DNA from: an uncultured Candidatus Entotheonella sp.
GTDB lineage: Bacteria; Tectomicrobia; Entotheonellia; Entotheonellales; Entotheonellaceae
Direction of reading: 5' to 3'
DNA length: 64,000 nt
Assembly: GCA_965217185.1 (NCBI GenBank)
Contig: OZ244252.1
Coordinates: 3,264,001-3,328,000 of the forward strand
The position numbers and the translations under genes are program-made. The notes under the pieces were generated by a model. The model did not search any database. It was not told where the DNA came from and saw only the letters and a program-made list of their open reading frames with translations. Below, in pieces: positions 32,979-44,898 of this stretch. Every line of letters begins with the position of its first letter. Within the stretch, counting starts at the first letter, position 1.

Positions 32979-34249
32979 TTGTCCCTTCTACAGCGTTTGT
33001 GAACGGTTCATTTCTTTAACTTATGCAGGGCGAACTGAAGCTTTGAATCTTCAGAGTTTTCCCCCATGCGGTATTTGATGTCGTAGTTGATGATGAAGTC
33101 CAATTCTTCGTCGGTGAAGCCGTAGTGTTTTGCCAAAATGCGGTCGATCTCGTCAATGATAGGTTTGGATTTCTGTACCTTGAACGATTGGGTTTCTGTC
33201 CTGCCAGTGCTCTTTTGGTTCCGAACGAGCATCGTGCTATTCCTTCGTAAACCTGCAACATATTCCGTTCCCAACCGGTGTATTTCAGGGTCTTCCATTG
33301 CCGATTCTGGTACAGGGAAATGCTTCCAATCAGAAGGATTCAAATGCCTTAGGTTGGATGTTATTGTGTACCACCACCAGTACACGTTACTACTCAGTAC
33401 AGCTATCGCGGACTGCACGTGCATTTCCTTTAGCAATGCGAAACTCGTTTCCCTAGACGAATTGCCGGCAATTCCATTGACGTAAAATTCTGGAGCGAAG
33501 TCGGTAAATACTTTCCAATAGAGACCACCGTCAGTACGGTAGTAGACAAGATTGCTGGATCGCCCGGCATAATTCTCCATTGTTTTGCCAACTGAGGTGT
33601 ATTTTTTCAGTATCGAGTTCTCAATACGCTGTCCAAATTTTGGTGCCCAAAACACGTTTCGGCCTCTTGGACACCCTGCAAAGCTTATGGTGGTAGTCAA
33701 ATGATCTCGACTATCAGCGTTCCATTTGAGGTAAGCGGTGGAATGAGTAGCTCCTTTGCCTCTCGGACTTGCAATCACAAAAATAGTTAATGCGCGGTTC
33801 ACCGTGTCGAACAGTTTTCCCGGTCTCCAAGAAAAATTCGAGTACCAGCAATCGTGATCCTTCTCCAACATGCGCTGCAAGATGGTCATGCGTTGAGTAG
33901 ACACCAGCGCCAGGGGCACTATCATGCTGATGCCCCCACCCTTCACGCACAGGGCGAGACTGCGTTCAATACACATTCCATGGATGGCGCCGGATTCCTC
34001 ACACGCAAAATGTCGTGTTGAATAGGGGACCTCCCGTGTTTCCAGATACGGCGGATTCCCGATAATCACGTCAAACCCGCCATTGCGCATGATGCCGTAA
34101 AACTCGGCGAACCAATGAAAGGGCTGATGGCTTTCCCGCCACTGCCCGTATGCCCTCTCGTCATCCGCCTCAACCCCGTATTCGCCGGCCAGATAGCGAT
34201 CCAATTCCTCACGCAAGTCATTGAGACGTTTTCGCAACTCTTGTTTGTC

Positions 34250-35745
34250 GAGCCACTTGCAAAACTCCGCTAGTTTGGCCTCGGAGCGGTTGTCATGAGA
34301 CCGTACGGTGAATCATTTGCCGTCGGTGGTTCCAATTGCCACGAATTCAGCCATGGCGGTGCCGAGTTCCGGCTCCCGTCTTGCGATGCGGACGCAACTC
34401 TCCCCCCTGCGTACAGGACAGCAGCGCGTGCCGGGATGGAGGAAACGGGGCCGCGAGACCAGCTTCAGGTCACCAAGCGCATCAACTGATCAACCGTGAG
34501 CGCCACAATCCCGAACATCAGATGACACAGCACCTTGGCATGGCCGCGCACGCGCACGCTGCGACCTCCGAATTCATCCTTGAGGCGACCATTGACGCGC
34601 TCGACGGTCGAGCGTTCGTGGTAACGTCTCTCCTCAGACAGGACCAACCCACAGGCACGCCGTGCCTGCCTCTCCTGCCGCAGCGCCTGCTTGCGCGCGC
34701 CGCTGCGGGGGTTGACGTCGATGATCGCAACATGACCCAGGGCGCGGCTGTGGGCGCGGATTTCCGGGGCATCGTAGGCGCTGTCCATCAGGTCATACAG
34801 GTTGCGGACTCGCTCCGCCGTCAGGGTCGCCAGCGGGATGGCGACTTGGCTGTCGTGCAGCGACGCCGAGGTAAGCAGGCAACTGACCGGGATGGCGCCG
34901 TCGGCCGCGTCAATATGCAACTTGTAGCCGCTCCATGACGTCTGATAGCCCTTGGCGTCGCGCTTGACGCCAATGTCACAGGCGTACGGCAAGTCGGCGA
35001 GCATCTCCGGCAGGGTCATGTTGCGCTGGCGCTCCAGACGGCGCGGCTCCGTGGGGCGCTCCTCGCCCTTGCGCGGACGCCCGCGCCGCCGCTTCGGCTT
35101 GGCCGGCTGCGGCGCCTTCGGGGTCGGTCTCTCGCGCCCTTCAATCGCCGTCGAATCGCGTGAAATATGGCCTGCCAGACGCTCACCCTGGGTGCGTTTG
35201 ATCAGCGCCTCGTGCAGGTGGCTCGGCAAGGCGCTGTCGGCAAATTCGGCAAAGGCACGTGAAAACGTCGCCTCGCTCGGAATGTGCTTGACGCTACGCC
35301 AGCCGCACAACCGGCGCAGGGTGCTGTCGTGGCGCAGACGATCAAGCAACATCCGGGTGCTAACCAGCGCGAAGACGGCCTTGGCGATGAAGGCGCGGGC
35401 TAAGGCCGCGCGGTCGCTTGGCGGACAGCCGCGACGCCGGTGCTGGTACGGCAGCAGCGTTTCCACCCGCACCCATTCGAGCACCATGACGAAGCGCTGA
35501 TGGCGTTCCCCCAGCGCCCCGATCGTTTCCTCAAGCTGCGGGAACAGCAGCGCTTGAAAGCAAGACCAGTAACTCGATAGTATCTCACGTAAGGCCATTG
35601 GGGTCGTTCCTCCTGATTCGGTTGTTTGACAACTCAACAGAATCAGAAAGCGGCCCCAATGTCCACCAATCAGCCCCAGAGCCTGCCCCGTGCTTGACAC
35701 GGAGAAAGAAAATCCCACTCGTACACGCAATTCTGCAAGTGGCTC
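34250..35745 (-). mobile_element. Complete IS1182/IS5-like element, member A (1496 bp, 4-bp target duplication TGTC)
   Basis: IRs GAGCCACTTGCAAAAC / GAGCCACTTGCAGAAT; TGTC at 34246-34249 and 35746-35749. Confidence 0.93.
34465..35598 (-). CDS. DDE transposase (377 aa, intact)
   Basis: PSEATFSRAF, SRDSTAIE, GYKLHID, MDSAYD, ERSTVERVNGRLKDEFG. Confidence 0.92.
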   Translation of the reverse strand: MALREILSSYWSCFQALLFPQLEETIGALGERHQRFVMVLEWVRVETLLPYQHRRRGCPPSDRAALARAFIAKAVFALVSTRMLLDRLRHDSTLRRLCGWRSVKHIPSEATFSRAFAEFADSALPSHLHEALIKRTQGERLAGHISRDSTAIEGRERPTPKAPQPAKPKRRRGRPRKGEERPTEPRRLERQRNMTLPEMLADLPYACDIGVKRDAKGYQTSWSGYKLHIDAADGAIPVSCLLTSASLHDSQVAIPLATLTAERVRNLYDLMDSAYDAPEIRAHSRALGHVAIIDVNPRSGARKQALRQERQARRACGLVLSEERRYHERSTVERVNGRLKDEFGGRSVRVRGHAKVLCHLMFGIVALTVDQLMRLVT

Positions 35746-37862
35746 TGTCGTTAGTGAATTTGCTGGCGTCCATGCCGTGCTCCGTCTGCATGTCGCGGAA
35801 CTTGCCAAAGGCGCGGTCAGCGATGGCGGCGTCTTCCTCGATCCGTCTCAGCTTTTCCCGCTCCTGCGGATAAAGCATCCTGTGCTGGCCGTCAGCGGTC
35901 AGGGTGAAGGTATCCTGAACCCCCTTCAGCGACGTGAAGCCAACGAGCGTGTTGCCCGCGCGAACGTTGAAGTCAATATCGGGCAGCGGCTCGATCTGTT
36001 CGTAGCTCTCCAATTCCGCAACGAGCTTCAGAAACAGTCGCAGCTTACAGATCTCCACCGCCTCTTCCATGATGTCCACGCCGTACAGGTTGGCGATGAT
36101 GATGGACTTGAAGATGAAGTAGCGTTCACTGGCATGCTCGCCAACCTGTCGCAACACCTTGCGAAAATCGCTCAATCTTTCCGGACCATGCTTGCGCTGT
36201 GAGCGTTCCAGATCGTCGAGAAAACCCCCCATGACCTCCAGGCACGCCGTGTAGAGCGGTTCCAGGATGTTGAGCGCGGCGAACAGGAAGGCGCCGGAGC
36301 CGCACGTCGGGTCAAGAACGGAAACCTGAGACATCGCCTTCCAGAAGGCGCGAACCAACTCCGGTCCCTCGCTCCCCGTGATCACGTCTTGGGCAAACGT
36401 CTCGATATCCAGGTTGTACGTAATCAGATCGTTGACCGACGTGACCGCGCCGGCGGCGAGCTTGGCGCGGATTTCCTCATAGCGCTGACGGCGGGCGACG
36501 TGCTCACGCCACGTTTCGGTGGGCAGGGCGTAATCGGATGGGGCTGCTTGGTTCCAGTTGCCGCGTTGAGACACGTCTTGCAAGCCGGCGGCTATCTCGG
36601 GCGGCAACTCGCGTTTGTCGGCAAGGGCTTCTCTCTTGTGGATGTCATACGTGATGCCGTGGCGTACCGCCTCGTAGACGTACCGATCCGGGTCCTCCGA
36701 CAACAGCCGCCACACGCCGCCGTCCGGCTTGAAGGCAATGGCGCATTCCTTTTGCGCCCGGTCGAACAGGAAGGGGAGGATGGTATTGCGGCTGATGTAA
36801 CCGGTGATGTCTTCCTTCGTGTAGTAGGCGCCCATCTGCTTCTGATTGACGTATTTCTCGAAGATGTAGCCGAGCACGTCGGGGTTGATCTCGTTGTCGT
36901 TGCGAAGCGGGCGGTCGTCGAGGTGCCATTGGTAGGCATCGAAGAAGGCGAAGATTTGGCTGAATGCCTCATCAGGGATATGGATGCGCGGGTTATCCCG
37001 CTCAAGATCGTGTACCTCAAAGAGGCCGCCGTTCAGGTAGGGGACCCGACCCAGCAGCTTGGCCAGCTCCGGCGAACGGTCCTGCGCAGGTTGGCTCAGT
37101 CCTTCGTGGAACAGGCGTAGCAGAAACAACCGGTAGAACGTCTGGAAGTGGTCCCTGCCGTGCTTCGCTTGCAGGTGTTTCAGGCGGTTGCGCAGGTAAT
37201 CGACGTCCCCGTCCAGAAAGCCGCGCTTCTGGATGAAGTAAATGAACATCATGCGGTTGAGCATCAGCGAGGCATACCATTCCCGGTCAGCCGCGGCGGT
37301 TATGCCGTCGATGAAGCCCAGGAAGGCGTCGTGTTCCTTCTTGAAGCGGTCATAGAATCGCTTGGTCACTTTCTCCACATCGAACGCCGCCCGCACCCGC
37401 CTCGAAACGTCCACGATGCCCAGATCCGCTTCCTCGTCCAGCGTGAAGACCAACTGCTCCAGCTTCTGGGTGAGTGCTTCGCCTGAATGGTCCTGATGGT
37501 GGATGTGCTGCCGCGACCGGTTGGGCTGACCCGGCTCGCGCTTGACCCACTGCCAGACCTGCCGATCGTTGTTATCAGTGGCGTAAACGATGAGGTGTTC
37601 ATGCACTGCCTTGGTGACGGCTCTCTCGATCTTCTGACGGGTGGGTTGATCCGGGAAGGCGCCAACCGAATCCGCCCTGTACTGAAAGACAACCATGCCG
37701 CGTTTTTGGGCGATGGCTTGCAGGGAGAACGTTTTGTCCGCGGCTGTTATCTCCATGCCTTCACCGCCGTGGTCCCAGCCAATCTCCTCGATGAACAAGG
37801 CTTGGAGGGTGAAATCCTCCAGGTGTTTCCTGACCCGTGGTCGGTCGAGGGGCGTCGGCATG

Positions 37863-40800
37863 TCAGTTTCCGTCCTGTTCAATGAGGCCCAGGGAACAGA
37901 TGAGACGCGGCTCCTGGCGTTCGTCTTCTTCGTGGACGCTGCACAAACGGTCTTCATCTCGGAGCGCAACGACCAGATCGGCTAGAGCCTGGTTGGGTAT
38001 CCCGCTGCGCAACTGCCGGTTCAGCGTATCTACGGCTGTCTGGCGTAAGGGATGGCGGTAGATGTCGTCGATGGCACGACGCAGCGGCTCGGTATCGAAC
38101 AGCGTGTCCTTGACGTCTTCGGCGTGGCCTTTGAGTCGTTCGTAGGTACGGAAGCGGGCGCCCGAAGGGCGGCCGAGTTGCCCGCCGACCTGCTTTTCCT
38201 CACGCGCAATGTGTTCCGCCCCACTGCGTACCAGGTCGTGGTGGGTCTCGTGACGCGGCAAGGCCGGCGTCTCGGGCGCGCAGGCTGCGGCACGCAGGAT
38301 GTCGAACTGGCTCTGGGTCACGTTCTTACCGTCGCGGTCGATCCAGGCCAGCGCGTCGTACCCTTGGGCGGTTTGCATGTAAACGAGCACTCCCGCCGGC
38401 TGCTGAGGTTGCGGCGGATGTGCTTTCGAGGCGTGCACGACCGACGGCAGGTTTTCGATCTTGCGCTTGAGGGAAGCGTCCTTTTCCGTTGCGTTACGCC
38501 ATATCTGATACGCATAAGAGGCCAGATCAACGTCGCTCTCATCCTCGGCATCAAGAATGCCGGCCTTTTCGTTATAGAGGTCAAGCACGGTTTTCGTGTC
38601 CTCGTCCTCGAAAAATGCTTCGTCCGTTCCAACCACCTCGGCGTTTTCCCGCAGACGTGTCCGCACACGTTCTCGCAGCCGGATCAGGCGCTCGATCCCC
38701 TCGGCTGGGAGAAAGGAATAACACAGGATGCCAGGCGCCTGCTGACCGATGCGATCCACCCGACCGGCGCGTTGGATCAGGCGGATGATCGCCCACGGCA
38801 GGTCATAGTTCACCACGATGGCGCAGTCCTGCAAATTCTGTCCTTCGCTGAGTACGTCAGTTGAGACCAGGACGCGCAACTCATCGTCGACAGGTACGTA
38901 TCTCTCCTTGCCATTGCTTATGGGACTGAAGCGCCACGCTACGCCCGTGGGGTCTGCGGTATCGCCCGTGACCGCGGAGACCCGTGTTACGCCACGCGCC
39001 CGAAGCTGGCTTTCCACATAGTGCACCGTGTCGGCGAATTGGGTGAAGACGAGAATCTTGTGCTCGGGATGCTCGCTCACGAGCATTCTCTCCAGGGCGT
39101 CCAACTTGGCGTCGCTGGCCGCCTTCCACCCGCCGAACCGGACCAAGAGCCGGCGCAGGGTCGTGGCGTCGGCGGCGAGGTCTTTACCAAGATTCGCTAC
39201 AAAGTGGTGAGCCGCCAGCCATCGAAAGCGCCTCTTGTATCGGCTGGCGTAGAGCCGGTAGACATCAGCGGCTCGCTGGCGGAAATCAGCCTCACTCCTC
39301 AGTGCGATCGCTTCGCCCTGCCCTTCATCTTCTTGCCCATCTTCCGTATCGAAAAAATCCCCGACGCTTCCATCTGCATCTTGGTCGAAGGACTGCGTAT
39401 CCAAAAGTCCGGCATCGGTCGTCCCGATGGGGAGCGGCAGGCCGTTCTCGATAGCGTGAAGAAAAACGAAGTTCCTGAGGGCGTGCCGTTCGACCGACAG
39501 CAAGAATGAATGGCCGCTGCTTTCCAGACGTTTGAACAGATTGGTGCGGCAGAAGCCCATGAGGCGTTTGCCGGCGTGCGACAAGTCAGCCAATATCCGG
39601 GCCTCGGAATCCGTGGGCGGCGGGGACGGCGACGGCTTTTCGTAATTGCCAAGACCGTAGCGTGGGAGCTTCAGACCATTTATGGCGTCCACCACGTCGT
39701 CCGCGAACAATTGAGCGTATTGCGCATCCATGTTGAACGGAAGTGTCTTCGGGATTCGCGTTGGAAAATAGAACCGCTGGCCGTCTTCGAAGCTCAAGTA
39801 TTTCCGCCCGTCCGTTTCGTCGGTGTCAGCATAATTCTCCTGGATAAAGTTGCGCGTCCGGCGCACGAGATAGAGCCGCATCAGGTCACGCCAATCGTCG
39901 GCGTATTGCGACTGCTCAAAGGCAGCCAGGGAACGGACCGGTGCCTGATGCCGGCGCACGAATTCTGTTTCGCCGATGTCTCGCAACAGGCGTTCGGGAC
40001 GAATTCCCAAGTCGTCGTGCTCGGGAACGAACAAGCGAAGCTGGCTGGAGAGGTCCAGATAGGTCTTGTTGTAGGGCGTCGCCGACAGCAGGATGCACAT
40101 ACTGTCGTTTTCTCTGACGTATTCCTGTATGGCTCGGTATCGCCGACCTTCTCGGTTCCTCAGATGGTGGCTCTCGTCGATAAGCACCAATCGGTAACGG
40201 CGCATATTGGGCAATTGGCTAATGACTTGGCTGATCGACAATACGCGAGCCTTCATACGGTACTGCTCGCGATAATCCTCCCACATCGGAACGAGATTCT
40301 TCGGGCAAATGATTAAGGTCTCAAGTCCGTGATCGTCTTCAAACACACGTGCCAGAGCAGTTGCCATAAGCGTCTTGCCCAGCCCGACGACATCACCGAT
40401 AAGGACACCGCGACGTTTGTTGAGGTGGTGCGCGGCGATCTTCACTGCCGCTGTCTGGAAATCCAGAAGTTTGTTGCCGAAGTCTTTGGGGATGCGAAAC
40501 TCGCTCAGACCGATTCGTGCCTCGCGTGACAGGTGGTAGGCTATTTTGACGTAGACCTGGTAGGGTGAAAGCAGTTCTTCTTGTGCCCAACTCTCCCGGA
40601 TGATGTCGATAAGTTCCTGCGAGATATCAACACACCAACGGTCGTTCCAACGATCTTCAAACCAAGCGGTGAGTTTCTGACAAGCGTCATGGTCGAGCAC
40701 GTCTACGTTGAGCTCGCCCTGATTGGAAAGACCGGCCTGGGTCAGATTACTGCTTCCCAGATAGCCGATGATGGGGTTGACCGGGTCGGACCGGAACAGA

Positions 40801-41237
40801 AGGTAGAGCTTGGCGTGGAGCGGGTGTCTGAGGAAGAGCTTGACGACGACCTTCTTTGCTGCAAGCTGTCGCGCCAGCCTGCGCAGACCGGCTTCGTCCC
40901 CATTGGTTGGAGTGCCCAGGGTCAGTTGTTCCCGAAATTCCTCCGCAAGTCTCTTCTTGAGCCGAAGCGCCGTCTGATTATCAAGTCCCGGCCGGTCTCC
41001 CAACAGGCTCTCGGCCATACGCAGTTCTTCATGCGGTAGTCGCTGCATGCCGACCAGCAGGCGGCAGCAATGCCCCTCACCTTCATTCCAATTTTCTATG
41101 TGCTGATCAACGGACCGCCAGCCGCGAAGGTTGAAGTACCCCACGCAGAAGTCCGCTCTCGATGACACAGCAAGCGTTTCCTGGAGTGCGTCGAGGAATC
41201 TGGAGTTGGCTTGCAGATTGTCGAAAACTCGTGGCAT
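37863..41237 (-). CDS. PLD-nuclease / SNF2-like helicase fusion (putative restriction subunit)
   Basis: HAKLY...GSSNLT PLD motif, [34 protein letters not shown]. Confidence 0.88.
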   Translation of the reverse strand: MPRVFDNLQANSRFLDALQETLAVSSRADFCVGYFNLRGWRSVDQHIENWNEGEGHCCRLLVGMQRLPHEELRMAESLLGDRPGLDNQTALRLKKRLAEEFREQLTLGTPTNGDEAGLRRLARQLAAKKVVVKLFLRHPLHAKLYLLFRSDPVNPIIGYLGSSNLTQAGLSNQGELNVDVLDHDACQKLTAWFEDRWNDRWCVDISQELIDIIRESWAQEELLSPYQVYVKIAYHLSREARIGLSEFRIPKDFGNKLLDFQTAAVKIAAHHLNKRRGVLIGDVVGLGKTLMATALARVFEDDHGLETLIICPKNLVPMWEDYREQYRMKARVLSISQVISQLPNMRRYRLVLIDESHHLRNREGRRYRAIQEYVRENDSMCILLSATPYNKTYLDLSSQLRLFVPEHDDLGIRPERLLRDIGETEFVRRHQAPVRSLAAFEQSQYADDWRDLMRLYLVRRTRNFIQENYADTDETDGRKYLSFEDGQRFYFPTRIPKTLPFNMDAQYAQLFADDVVDAINGLKLPRYGLGNYEKPSPSPPPTDSEARILADLSHAGKRLMGFCRTNLFKRLESSGHSFLLSVERHALRNFVFLHAIENGLPLPIGTTDAGLLDTQSFDQDADGSVGDFFDTEDGQEDEGQGEAIALRSEADFRQRAADVYRLYASRYKRRFRWLAAHHFVANLGKDLAADATTLRRLLVRFGGWKAASDAKLDALERMLVSEHPEHKILVFTQFADTVHYVESQLRARGVTRVSAVTGDTADPTGVAWRFSPISNGKERYVPVDDELRVLVSTDVLSEGQNLQDCAIVVNYDLPWAIIRLIQRAGRVDRIGQQAPGILCYSFLPAEGIERLIRLRERVRTRLRENAEVVGTDEAFFEDEDTKTVLDLYNEKAGILDAEDESDVDLASYAYQIWRNATEKDASLKRKIENLPSVVHASKAHPPQPQQPAGVLVYMQTAQGYDALAWIDRDGKNVTQSQFDILRAAACAPETPALPRHETHHDLVRSGAEHIAREEKQVGGQLGRPSGARFRTYERLKGHAEDVKDTLFDTEPLRRAIDDIYRHPLRQTAVDTLNRQLRSGIPNQALADLVVALRDEDRLCSVHEEDERQEPRLICSLGLIEQDGN

Positions 41238-41360
41238 AGCTGTCTTTTACACGGTGGGAAGATTTTCGATTGCTGCGCTGGGTTCCCGCTCAAAGGTCCG
41301 GCTAAACTCACTTTGACGATCGTTTGGCGGCAACCGGGAATCCCCGTCGGAAGGAGAACG

Positions 41361-43673
41361 TCAATCTCCTTCTGCCTGGGCCGCCACTTCGACTGTCTCC
41401 AGCGGTCGCTTGAGGGGAAGAGCAATCCGCATCTCGGTGAAGGCGCCTTCCTCGGTGTCGAGGGAGATCGTTCCCCCATGGCGGGTGAGGATGTCCATGG
41501 TGAGCGAAAGGCCGAGCCCCGTTCCTTCGCCTGGGGCCTTTGTGGTGACGAAGGGCTCGAAAATCCGTTCGCGCAGCTCCTGTGAAATGCCGGGGCCGTT
41601 GTCGCGGATGCAGATCTCCGCTTGCTCCTCCAATCGGCGGGTGGTGACACGCAATTCCGGCTCATAGTCCGGGTCGTTCGACGTGCGGCGTTTTTCATCA
41701 AGGGCCTGGTAGGCGTTTGTGATGAGGTTGAGGAATGCCCGACAGATCTCCTGGGGAACCACTTCAACCATGCCGATTTCCGGGTCGAGGTCCTGGCTGA
41801 GCGTCGCGTTGAACCCCTGACCATGGGCGCGCATCGAGTGATAGGCGAGATCAACGTATTGCTTCAACAAGGCATTCAAGTCCGTCTCGCGCCAGTCCCC
41901 CGGCGCGGTGCGGGAATGTTCGAGCATGCTGCGTACGATGCCATCGGCGCGTTCGCCATGTTCCTTGACCTTCTGAAGATTCAGCCTGAGGTCCGAAAGA
42001 ATAGGCTCGATCTCGCTGGCAAGGTCGCCTTCCTCCCGGTCCTTGATTTCCGTCATCACCTCGCCAATCTCATCAATCAGCTCGACGGAGACATCAGAAA
42101 AGTTGGTTACAAAGTTGAGCGGGTTCTTGATTTCATGGGCAACGCCGGCCGCGAGTTGACCGAGCGATGCGAGCTTTTGCTCAGCGACCATCTGCTCCTG
42201 CATCTTGTGGAGATTCTCCAGAGCCTCTTCCAGGGTGCGGTTTTTCGCGTCCAACTCCTGGGCCAACTTCTCGACCAGATTCAGCCGCTGTACTTCAAGG
42301 GCGTGGCGCCGGAACACCTCCAGGGCGCCGGCCATGTCGGCCACCTCATCATGGCCCCGCACCTCGACAGGCACCTCCAGGTCGCCACTCGCCATGGAGC
42401 GCATCGCCGCCGCGAGCCCGACGAGGCGGCGGATCAGGTAACGTCCCACGAACAACCAGCCGATGAGGAGAGCGGCAGAGATACTCAGAATGTTGACCAG
42501 GGTGAGGAGCAGCCGACCGGTTCGCACAGCGGACTGTGAGGCGTTGCTTACACTCACGGCCTCGTCGTTGACATCCGTCACCAAGTTGTTCACCGCGGTG
42601 AGCAGCAAGACGGAGGCCTCACGCCCTCTCGCGAACGCTTCCTGCTCCTGTTCAAGCCGGCGCAGGACTTCCCGACGCAGCGTGATGATTCCCTCGCCGG
42701 ATTCCCCCAGGCGCGCCAGGCGCTTCAGGTTTTCACCGAGGGCGCTGTCAGGCATCCGGACCGACAGCCTCGCATAGGCCCGTTGAAAATTCTGCACGGC
42801 GCTGCGGAAACGACCCTGCAGAATCGGCAAATGGCTGCGGTCGGAAAGAAACAGGGCGTCCCCCAGCAGCAGCGCGGCGAGGTTGACTTGATGATTCACG
42901 GTGACCAGGTCCCGGTAATACGCAAGCTCGGCCTCGGAGGCCCGCGCCTCGATGGGGCTTGGCTGGTCCTCCAGGCGGCGCAACCCTTCTACCATGTAAA
43001 ACCCCTGGTCGTCGGTGGCGATAATGAGGTGGCGATCGATGAGTCGATTCGTCTCGGCGAGCTCCTCCTTGAGTCGTTCCAGGGTGCTATCGATGGCAAG
43101 ACGCTGGGCAGCCGATTCTTGGATCTCTCCCAGGTAGAGATCAATGTCGGCAAGCTGCCCCTCGATATCGGCAAGGTGCCGCCCGATGTCGGCGAGATGC
43201 ACGCTGTCCAACCGAGTCTGCCCGCCGAAGAGGGAGCGGGTTCCGAGCTCGCGGGATTCAAGATCATACGCACGGGACTCAAGCTCGAAGATCAGGTCAC
43301 CAAGGAGGGCCCGCTCCTGGGCCAGCTCTTCGGTCACGGCCTCATGCTCTTCCAGAGACGATGCCGCGATGAGATGGAGCGCTCCGTTGACCACAATGCC
43401 GCTTTGGCGCGTCACACCCACCGCACTGCTCAGGTTGGGGATGCCGGATTCCGCGAGTCGGGAGCCGTGTTGGAGAATCTCGTGGAAGGAATAGTAAGCC
43501 ACAAGGCTGGCGCTCAACGTAAGGAGAACACTGACCAAAAGGCATAGAAAGAACTGCTGACCAATTTTGAGGTGCAGCCAACTGCGCGTTTCCGGCTTCA
43601 CCCCGTTCGTGGCAGCAGAAAATTGCGGCGTGGGCGTTCCGCCAAGATCAGAGGCGGGACGATTATTCATCAC
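41361..43673 (-). CDS. HAMP sensor histidine kinase with a TorS-like periplasmic helical domain
   Basis: Two TM segments, HAMP (DEVADMA), AHEIKNPLNF, NLITNA, DNGPGI, GTGLGL. Confidence 0.92.
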   Translation of the reverse strand: MMNNRPASDLGGTPTPQFSAATNGVKPETRSWLHLKIGQQFFLCLLVSVLLTLSASLVAYYSFHEILQHGSRLAESGIPNLSSAVGVTRQSGIVVNGALHLIAASSLEEHEAVTEELAQERALLGDLIFELESRAYDLESRELGTRSLFGGQTRLDSVHLADIGRHLADIEGQLADIDLYLGEIQESAAQRLAIDSTLERLKEELAETNRLIDRHLIIATDDQGFYMVEGLRRLEDQPSPIEARASEAELAYYRDLVTVNHQVNLAALLLGDALFLSDRSHLPILQGRFRSAVQNFQRAYARLSVRMPDSALGENLKRLARLGESGEGIITLRREVLRRLEQEQEAFARGREASVLLLTAVNNLVTDVNDEAVSVSNASQSAVRTGRLLLTLVNILSISAALLIGWLFVGRYLIRRLVGLAAAMRSMASGDLEVPVEVRGHDEVADMAGALEVFRRHALEVQRLNLVEKLAQELDAKNRTLEEALENLHKMQEQMVAEQKLASLGQLAAGVAHEIKNPLNFVTNFSDVSVELIDEIGEVMTEIKDREEGDLASEIEPILSDLRLNLQKVKEHGERADGIVRSMLEHSRTAPGDWRETDLNALLKQYVDLAYHSMRAHGQGFNATLSQDLDPEIGMVEVVPQEICRAFLNLITNAYQALDEKRRTSNDPDYEPELRVTTRRLEEQAEICIRDNGPGISQELRERIFEPFVTTKAPGEGTGLGLSLTMDILTRHGGTISLDTEEGAFTEMRIALPLKRPLETVEVAAQAEGD

Positions 43674-44854
43674 GGCACCATTCTGGACACGGGCTGGACA
43701 CGTCCCTGCTCGTCAATGACCGTCAGGTAGACGCGGTCGGAACCCTGATTGTCAGCATCACCGTAACGCAGCAGGAAACCGCCAAGATCAATGGTTTCAG
43801 CCGCTTGCAGGGCTTTCAAAAAGCCCTGTTGGGTCGGCGTCGGCCCCGCCAGACGCAGACCCTCCACCACCAAGCGGCCGGCGAGGTAGCCTTCCAGCGA
43901 TACAAAGTCCGGCTCGCTCTCAGGGTCCACCATGGCCAGGGCCTGCCGATACTGGGCGACCACCGGAAGGCTGGTATCCAGGGGAAAGGGTACAACCTGG
44001 GTAATGTAAACTCCGACGCCATCGGGACCGAGTTCCTTGGCAAGGGCGGAACTCCCCACGACGGAAATGTTGACGAAGTAGGGATTGAAGTCGAGCCGTC
44101 GCGACCAGCGGATCAGAGCAGCAGCCGGCTTGTAGGTGCCGATGATGACAATAGCCTCGGGACGCGAGCGCCGCAGGTCGAGCAGGGCGATTTTGATCGC
44201 CTCGGTGCTGCCTGGATAGTCCGCCTCGGCGACAAGGGAAAGGCCGTGTCGAGCGACGGCGCGGCGCAATCCGTTGAGTCCGGCGCGTCCGAAAGAATCG
44301 TTCTGGTAGAGGACACCGATGCGCTGGACGCCCAAGTCCTCAGTCAAGCGAACGACCATCTCTTCGGTTTCCTGATAGTACGAGGCCCGCACGTTGAGGA
44401 CATTGGGGCGCAACTGCGCGACGCGCAAGAACTCGACCCCGGTAAAGGGCGCGATGTAGGGAACACCGCGTTGGGTGGCGATGGGCTGGGCCGCCGCGGA
44501 CGCCGGGGTGCCCACAGCGCCAATCAGCGCAAAGACGTGGCGCCGGTCAATGAACTCACGGGCGTTGGTGATTGCCGTCTCGGGCTCATAGGCGTCGTCG
44601 AGGGATTCGAGGACGAGGCGATAATTATGCACCCCACCTATTCGGTTAACCTCCCTGAAAGCCGCAGACAGACCCAGACGCATGCTTTGGCCCAATAGGC
44701 GCGCCGGTCCCGTCAGGGCGGCGGACTGGCCGAAGACGATCTGTTTGGTGGAGAGCATCTTTGCCAAACTGGCATTTGGCGCTGTTCCGACCACGACCAC
44801 AAGGAAAATGAGCACCCGAAAAACGAGGCACGGATTGTAACCCGCCTTCCACAC
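43670..44854 (-). CDS. Type I periplasmic ligand-binding protein (LivJ-like)
   Basis: GQSAALTGPA, DDAYEP, GAVGTP, RASY..E, QVVP, EGYLAG. Confidence 0.88.
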   Translation of the reverse strand: MWKAGYNPCLVFRVLIFLVVVVGTAPNASLAKMLSTKQIVFGQSAALTGPARLLGQSMRLGLSAAFREVNRIGGVHNYRLVLESLDDAYEPETAITNAREFIDRRHVFALIGAVGTPASAAAQPIATQRGVPYIAPFTGVEFLRVAQLRPNVLNVRASYYQETEEMVVRLTEDLGVQRIGVLYQNDSFGRAGLNGLRRAVARHGLSLVAEADYPGSTEAIKIALLDLRRSRPEAIVIIGTYKPAAALIRWSRRLDFNPYFVNISVVGSSALAKELGPDGVGVYITQVVPFPLDTSLPVVAQYRQALAMVDPESEPDFVSLEGYLAGRLVVEGLRLAGPTPTQQGFLKALQAAETIDLGGFLLRYGDADNQGSDRVYLTVIDEQGRVQPVSRMVP

Positions 44855-44898
44855 TTCCTTGTTTCCTCACTGAGCTAGGTATGTTTGTCCGATAGCGG

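Larger units (their letters stand above)
33008..37861 (-). pseudogene. Large N6-adenine DNA methyltransferase (Eco57I/type IIG-like M-TRD), interrupted by IS member A; 1117 aa when rejoined
   Basis: LDPTCGSGAFL in the 5' part and GNPPY in the 3' part. Removing 34250-35745 plus one TGTC gives in-frame ...KFTND-KQELRKRL... Confidence 0.9.

Noticed and set aside
30594..41237. Canonical DISARM or BREX system, or an integrated element with att sites
   Set aside because: No DrmA/DrmB, PglZ/BrxC, integrase, tRNA or flanking direct repeats were seen.
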